Source of the DNA: Thecamonas trahens ATCC 50062
Lineage: Eukaryota; Protista; Apusomonadida
Assembly (NCBI RefSeq): GCF_000142905.1
Contig: NW_013657671.1
Coordinates: 1 to 64,000, forward strand
Direction of reading: 5' to 3'
DNA: 64,000 nucleotides
Positions within the stretch are counted from its first letter, which is position 1, and each line of letters starts with the position of its first letter. Of the stretch, positions 59,739 to 64,000 are shown piece after piece. The position numbers and the translations under genes were made by a program. The notes under the pieces were generated by a model that saw nothing but the letters and a program-made list of their open reading frames with translations, did not search any database and was not told the origin of the DNA.

Positions 59739-60605
59739 CTACGTGCGAAGGCGCGCTGGTATGCGAAGCGCTGCTGAGAGTGCGATCGCTGGTGCCACTA
59801 AGGCAAGCGAGATGCTGGCGCGGAGAAGGACGAGCCGGAAGCCTGACCAGAACGAAGAGACGCCTTCGCTCTGTGCGACATCCTGCGCGATGGCGAGTCC
59901 GTCGGCTTCGTGGCCAGACGTCAGCGCCTGGACCACTCGCCGCTTGAAGACAAGCTCAAACGGGATGGTGGCAAACGAGCAGGCAAGATTGCAGATCAAC
60001 GGCGTCGCTGATCCGAGGATCGGCAGCGATGCGCCGCCCGTCACGGCACACATGCCTGCTCTGAAAAGAGAGAAGGCCACACGCCCAGCCACGGCCTCGG
60101 GCATGCCCACGAGGAGACTTGCGACGCCGCGTTCTGCCCACAACTTGCGCACCGCCGCCATCCAAGCCACAGTCGCCTCAAAGTGCTGGCTCTGACCAGC
60201 CGGAGCACATGCAGCAGCTTTTGCAACCTCATCAGTCGACAGACTTGCCTCACACCAGGCCGCGATGGCCGCCACGGGGCTCAGTACAACTGCTGCGACG
60301 GCATCGCAGGCCAGCGAGGCCAGCCAGGTTGCTCCAACACCTGGCAGACCGATGGCTATCAGAGCGCGTGCTAGTACCTCCGATTGTGCCCGTAGTGTGG
60401 CATGTGTGGCCAGTGAGGCTCCAATCGCGCCCAGATGTACCGGAGCGGCCTTAAACGCGCCGCCGAGCGAGGTGGCCGCCACCGCCAGCGCCGCCTGCGA
60501 CGACAGCTTGGGCCGAGTCTGCGCAATGGTCACGGCCCTGGAGAACGGGCTCTGGGCCACGGTGGGTATCACCACGAGGTAGAGGGCAGCAGAGGAGATC
60601 GACAT
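59739..60605 (-). CDS. Divergent mitochondrial carrier (SLC25) protein
   Basis: Three degenerate Px[DE]xx[KR] units (PFSRAV, PVAAIA, PFELVFKR); ERGVASLLVG; SEGVSSFWSG. Confidence 0.7.
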   Translation of the reverse strand: MSISSAALYLVVIPTVAQSPFSRAVTIAQTRPKLSSQAALAVAATSLGGAFKAAPVHLGAIGASLATHATLRAQSEVLARALIAIGLPGVGATWLASLACDAVAAVVLSPVAAIAAWCEASLSTDEVAKAAACAPAGQSQHFEATVAWMAAVRKLWAERGVASLLVGMPEAVAGRVAFSLFRAGMCAVTGGASLPILGSATPLICNLACSFATIPFELVFKRRVVQALTSGHEADGLAIAQDVAQSEGVSSFWSGFRLVLLRASISLALVAPAIALSAALRIPARLRT

Positions 60606-60907
60606 GGTCGCGGGCTGCCGCTGTAGAGACAGGTGTTGCCCCACGGGACAGCAGTCGAGCACAAGTCGTCGACGTCGACGCGGCAAAGGCGCCGTCTGTG
60701 CATTACGCCCCCCACCCCTTCCCCGCACCCATCACACCCCACACCCACAACCATACACCCCCTCCACCCATCCCCACTGCCCCCATCAGCCCCCGATCTC
60801 ATGCCATCACCCACCCCCGCCAGCCGTACGACCAGCCACTCAGCCCGTCGCGCCCGCTCTGCGCCCCGCCTCTGCCCACACCCCTCGACACTGCACTCAA
60901 CGCCACC

Positions 60908-63112
60908 ATGCGGCCAGCACCCCTCCTCGCCACCCTCGCTGTTGTTCTCACACTCACACTCGCCCTGGCTCTGGCCCAGGCCGGTCCACCACCACCCACC
61001 CCGTCACCGTACCGCAACCTGCCGCGTGTGCGCGGGACGGGCGTGGAGGAGGGCAGCTTGGGCGACGCCTCGGCGGCTCTGCTGAACATGGTGGGTGGGA
61101 GGGAGTGCAAGGCCCAGCTGGATCTGCTCTGGCTGGACGATGCTGATCCGGCTGGCTTTCATGCTCGCCTCCTCATCACTGCAGATGCTGTCATCGTCCC
61201 CACGCCCACCGCTTCGCTCTATGCTCTCGCAAAGCCGGATGGCAAGCCGCTCTCGGGCTTCTGGCCGCTCAACATGGCCGACTCGGCGCTGCGATTCGAC
61301 TCGCCGCCGCTACCGCTTCCGAAGGGTGACTTTGCTATCTTTACTACTTCTGGTGAAGCTCTCATCATCAGTGCACAGGGCAGTCTGCGACGGGGCTCTG
61401 CTCTGGCTCTCCCGCCGCTTGCTGTCGATCGCCATCACCTGCCGCTGCTGAACGCTCCGCCGGGCGGGGCAGAGGTCCATGTCGTCCTTGCCTCATCCTC
61501 ACCCGTCGCTCCTGCTCGCCAGCCTGTCAGCGATCTGGCGGCCTGGGCCTCGTCGCCGCACGCTATGGCCTTTATCGACGCAGACTACGGCCCGCCGCGA
61601 GCGACGGCCGATGCCGAGCTCGCGGTCGACCTTCACTCCCCGGCCTACGCAAAGTACGCCGCGGCCCACCGGCTGCCGCCGCAGTCTTTGCCGCGGCCGG
61701 GCGCCCGCCGCGCTCGCCCGCGCGCTCCTCCCGACTCGGCGAGCCACGCGTGGCGCCTGCTTGATCCCCACGTTCTCGCCCCGCCGCTCGCCGTTCCGCT
61801 CAGTGACGTTGTCGCCGTCGCCGTCTCCTACTTTGCCGAGCCAAGCGAGCGCCGCTATGCCGCGTTCTTTGCCGACGACTTGCCGCCGATGGCTGTCGCC
61901 GCCGTCGCGCTCGTCTCCTTTGCCACCGACGAGATCCTCGACGTTGTCCCTGTCGAGGCCTCGTACTATGAGCCGGACTCACAGTACACTGCCCGCATCT
62001 ACGCACCGATGGTGGTCGGTGACGTTGATGGCGACGGTAGCAACGACATTATTGTCGCCACGTCCATGGGTGCCATCTACGTCCTCGACCTCGCCACCCG
62101 CAAGCTTCACGCCCCGTATCCGGTTTTCTTTGACTCGGTCCATGTCGCTCCAGTCCTCGTCCCTTCGCCGGTCGCCGGCTCACCGGGTCTCGCGCTCCTA
62201 ATCGCCGACACTAATTCAAACGTGGTTCTCTTCTCCGGCGCCACCGCGTCTAGCCTCTGGCATGCCCGCGTCGCCGGCAACCCATCACCGCTGGTTGTGG
62301 CCGACGCCGACAACGACGGCGAGCTCGACGTCGTTCTCGGCTCCACCTCGGGTCACCTCTGGGCCTTCAGCCTTGCCGCCGGTGAGTCCCGTCCACACTT
62401 TCCGCTCCGTGTTGGTGGCCGCATCACCGCTGCACCGACGCCGCTCGCCCCCGGTGTCGTCGCTGTCCCGGCTCGTGATGGCTATGTGTACGTCGTCGAG
62501 GCGTCGGCATCGTCGGGTCACACTTGTGTGGAGAAGATCGACATTGGCGAGACGCTGCCGCATGCCCTCCAGGCCGCCGATGCCGATGCCTCGGGCGTTG
62601 TCACGCTCTTTGGCGCCTCGCTCTCGGGCCGCATCCTCGCCCTGGAGACCAATGTCGAGACCCGTGCCGCCGCGCTCGCCAGCGCCCTTGGCATCGTCTT
62701 TACCGAAGCCAATCCTGCTGCCGCCGCCGGGTGGTCCGTCCGCCTCCACCTCTACATCCACGACGCATTTGCCGTCGCGCCGGCTGAAAACGGCTACACT
62801 GTTGTGGTCACACTCGGGCACTCGGACAACGTCATCCACACCGCGACCGTTTCCACCCCCGGCGCCGTCAAGCTCGACATGCCGCTCAGTGCCATCACCA
62901 CCCGAGGCCCGGTCACACTTGTGGCCCGAGTCCAGGCCCGCGGCATGACGTCAGGTGCTGCCGAGCTTGGACTTGTGGCCCACGACGCGTTTTACCGCGT
63001 CCTCAAGGTCTTTGTCCTCGTCCCGATGGCGTTTGCCGTCGCCGCGGCCTGGCTCGCATCATACGCGCCGTCGCGCTCCCAACGGGCTGGACTCCTCGGA
63101 AAGCATGCGTAG
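60908..63112 (+). CDS. DEX1-like FG-GAP/beta-propeller type I membrane protein
   Basis: Signal peptide, HVLAPP...AVSYF, GDVDGDGSNDIIV, DADNDGELDVV, FPLRVGGRI, CVEKIDIGET, C-terminal TM. Confidence 0.8.
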   Translation: MRPAPLLATLAVVLTLTLALALAQAGPPPPTPSPYRNLPRVRGTGVEEGSLGDASAALLNMVGGRECKAQLDLLWLDDADPAGFHARLLITADAVIVPTPTASLYALAKPDGKPLSGFWPLNMADSALRFDSPPLPLPKGDFAIFTTSGEALIISAQGSLRRGSALALPPLAVDRHHLPLLNAPPGGAEVHVVLASSSPVAPARQPVSDLAAWASSPHAMAFIDADYGPPRATADAELAVDLHSPAYAKYAAAHRLPPQSLPRPGARRARPRAPPDSASHAWRLLDPHVLAPPLAVPLSDVVAVAVSYFAEPSERRYAAFFADDLPPMAVAAVALVSFATDEILDVVPVEASYYEPDSQYTARIYAPMVVGDVDGDGSNDIIVATSMGAIYVLDLATRKLHAPYPVFFDSVHVAPVLVPSPVAGSPGLALLIADTNSNVVLFSGATASSLWHARVAGNPSPLVVADADNDGELDVVLGSTSGHLWAFSLAAGESRPHFPLRVGGRITAAPTPLAPGVVAVPARDGYVYVVEASASSGHTCVEKIDIGETLPHALQAADADASGVVTLFGASLSGRILALETNVETRAAALASALGIVFTEANPAAAAGWSVRLHLYIHDAFAVAPAENGYTVVVTLGHSDNVIHTATVSTPGAVKLDMPLSAITTRGPVTLVARVQARGMTSGAAELGLVAHDAFYRVLKVFVLVPMAFAVAAAWLASYAPSRSQRAGLLGKHA

Positions 63113-63153
63113 CGCACTGCGGCTGGCGAAGGATACAGGTATGTTTCACTTGG

Positions 63154-64000
63154 TCAGAGCTCGGCAATGACCGCATAGCACTCGTCGGCGGTCGGTCGCG
63201 CCTCGGGCTCGTGGCGGAAGCACTTACGGAGGAGCTTGCGAAGCGGAGCCGGCATCGACTTGGGGATGAGCGGGTGCTGTGTGTCGATGAGCTGGTAGAA
63301 GGCAGTACGCGGGACGTGGTGCCACGGGCGCTTGCCCGAGTACAGGTGGACGATGCAGCAGGCGAGCGCCCAGATGTCGCACTCGGACGATACCTTGGAC
63401 GAGGCAAACGACTCGGGCGCCATGTAGATGTGCGTCCCGATCTGGCGGGTGTGAAGGCCGGCAGTCTCCTCGACCACCCGCGAAATGCCAAAGTCGGAGA
63501 GGAAGACCCGCGAGTCGGAGTCGACAAGGCAGTTGTCGGGCTTGAGGTCGCGGAGGACGATGTTGATGCGGTGCATGTCGCGAACACCGCGCGCCATGTC
63601 CTTGACAAACGAAAGGAAGAGATCATGCGGGAGCTTGCCGCGGTGCTCGTTGAGGACGTTGCGGAGCGAGCCGCCGTCGTACAACTCCATGACCAGGCAC
63701 GGGAAGCCCTCCTTGGTGACCGACGAGCCCTTGAGCTCACAGACCCGGTCTGACGCCGCGCACGCTCGCGCAAGCACATCCAGCTCCTTCTCAAACGCCT
63801 CATGGACCGCCTCGGCCTGATCCGGCGACAGCGCCGTCGGTGTCGTTGACCCGTCGTGGATGATCTTGACCGCCACACGCCCGTGCTTCTTCCAATCCGC
63901 GGCGTGGACAACGCCGAACTTGCCACGTCCAAGCACTTCCTTCAGCGCAAGCTTCTTGAACGGAATAAACTGCTTGAGTGCAGTCGGCGACGCCGCTCCC
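63154..64000 (-). CDS. TKL-group protein kinase, 5'-partial
   Basis: LGRGKFGVV, VAVK, LRDLKPDN, DFG, GTHIYMAPE, DIWA; frame runs off the window. Confidence 0.93.
   Translation of the reverse strand, partial: GAASPTALKQFIPFKKLALKEVLGRGKFGVVHAADWKKHGRVAVKIIHDGSTTPTALSPDQAEAVHEAFEKELDVLARACAASDRVCELKGSSVTKEGFPCLVMELYDGGSLRNVLNEHRGKLPHDLFLSFVKDMARGVRDMHRINIVLRDLKPDNCLVDSDSRVFLSDFGISRVVEETAGLHTRQIGTHIYMAPESFASSKVSSECDIWALACCIVHLYSGKRPWHHVPRTAFYQLIDTQHPLIPKSMPAPLRKLLRKCFRHEPEARPTADECYAVIAEL

Overview
GC-rich, gene-dense, intron-poor eukaryotic genomic DNA from a flagellated unicell. Gene content and architecture resemble an apusomonad such as Thecamonas; this is an inference, not a tested assignment. 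The window holds about 30 protein-coding genes, six N gaps and several microsatellite-filled introns. No rRNA, tRNA, CRISPR array or recognisable transposase was found. Positions 1-5.4 kb form an accessory-looking cluster: an intact PD-(D/E)xK nuclease-like gene (Crinkler-REase-like), a degenerate paralog, two orphans and a CDF transporter fragment. The rest encodes a CASTOR/POLLUX-type channel, TEN1, a putative glycosyltransferase, a giant ~200-aa-repeat protein that probably starts with a calponin-homology domain, ABCG, DAP3, a FAM166/CIMIP2-like protein, an RBR ligase, vanin/biotinidase, a carboxylesterase, an Akt-like kinase, a JmjC-like protein, a nucleotidylyltransferase, an animal-type Popeye protein, SDF2, FHA-RasGAP, a CBS protein, TMEM208, a VTT protein, a partial-p25alpha repeat protein, an RGLG-type copine, a GRIP golgin, a mitochondrial carrier, a DEX1-like protein and a partial TKL kinase. 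At least seven genes are broken by one-base shifts in homopolymer runs, most likely sequencing error. All family calls come from recalled motifs; no searches were run.
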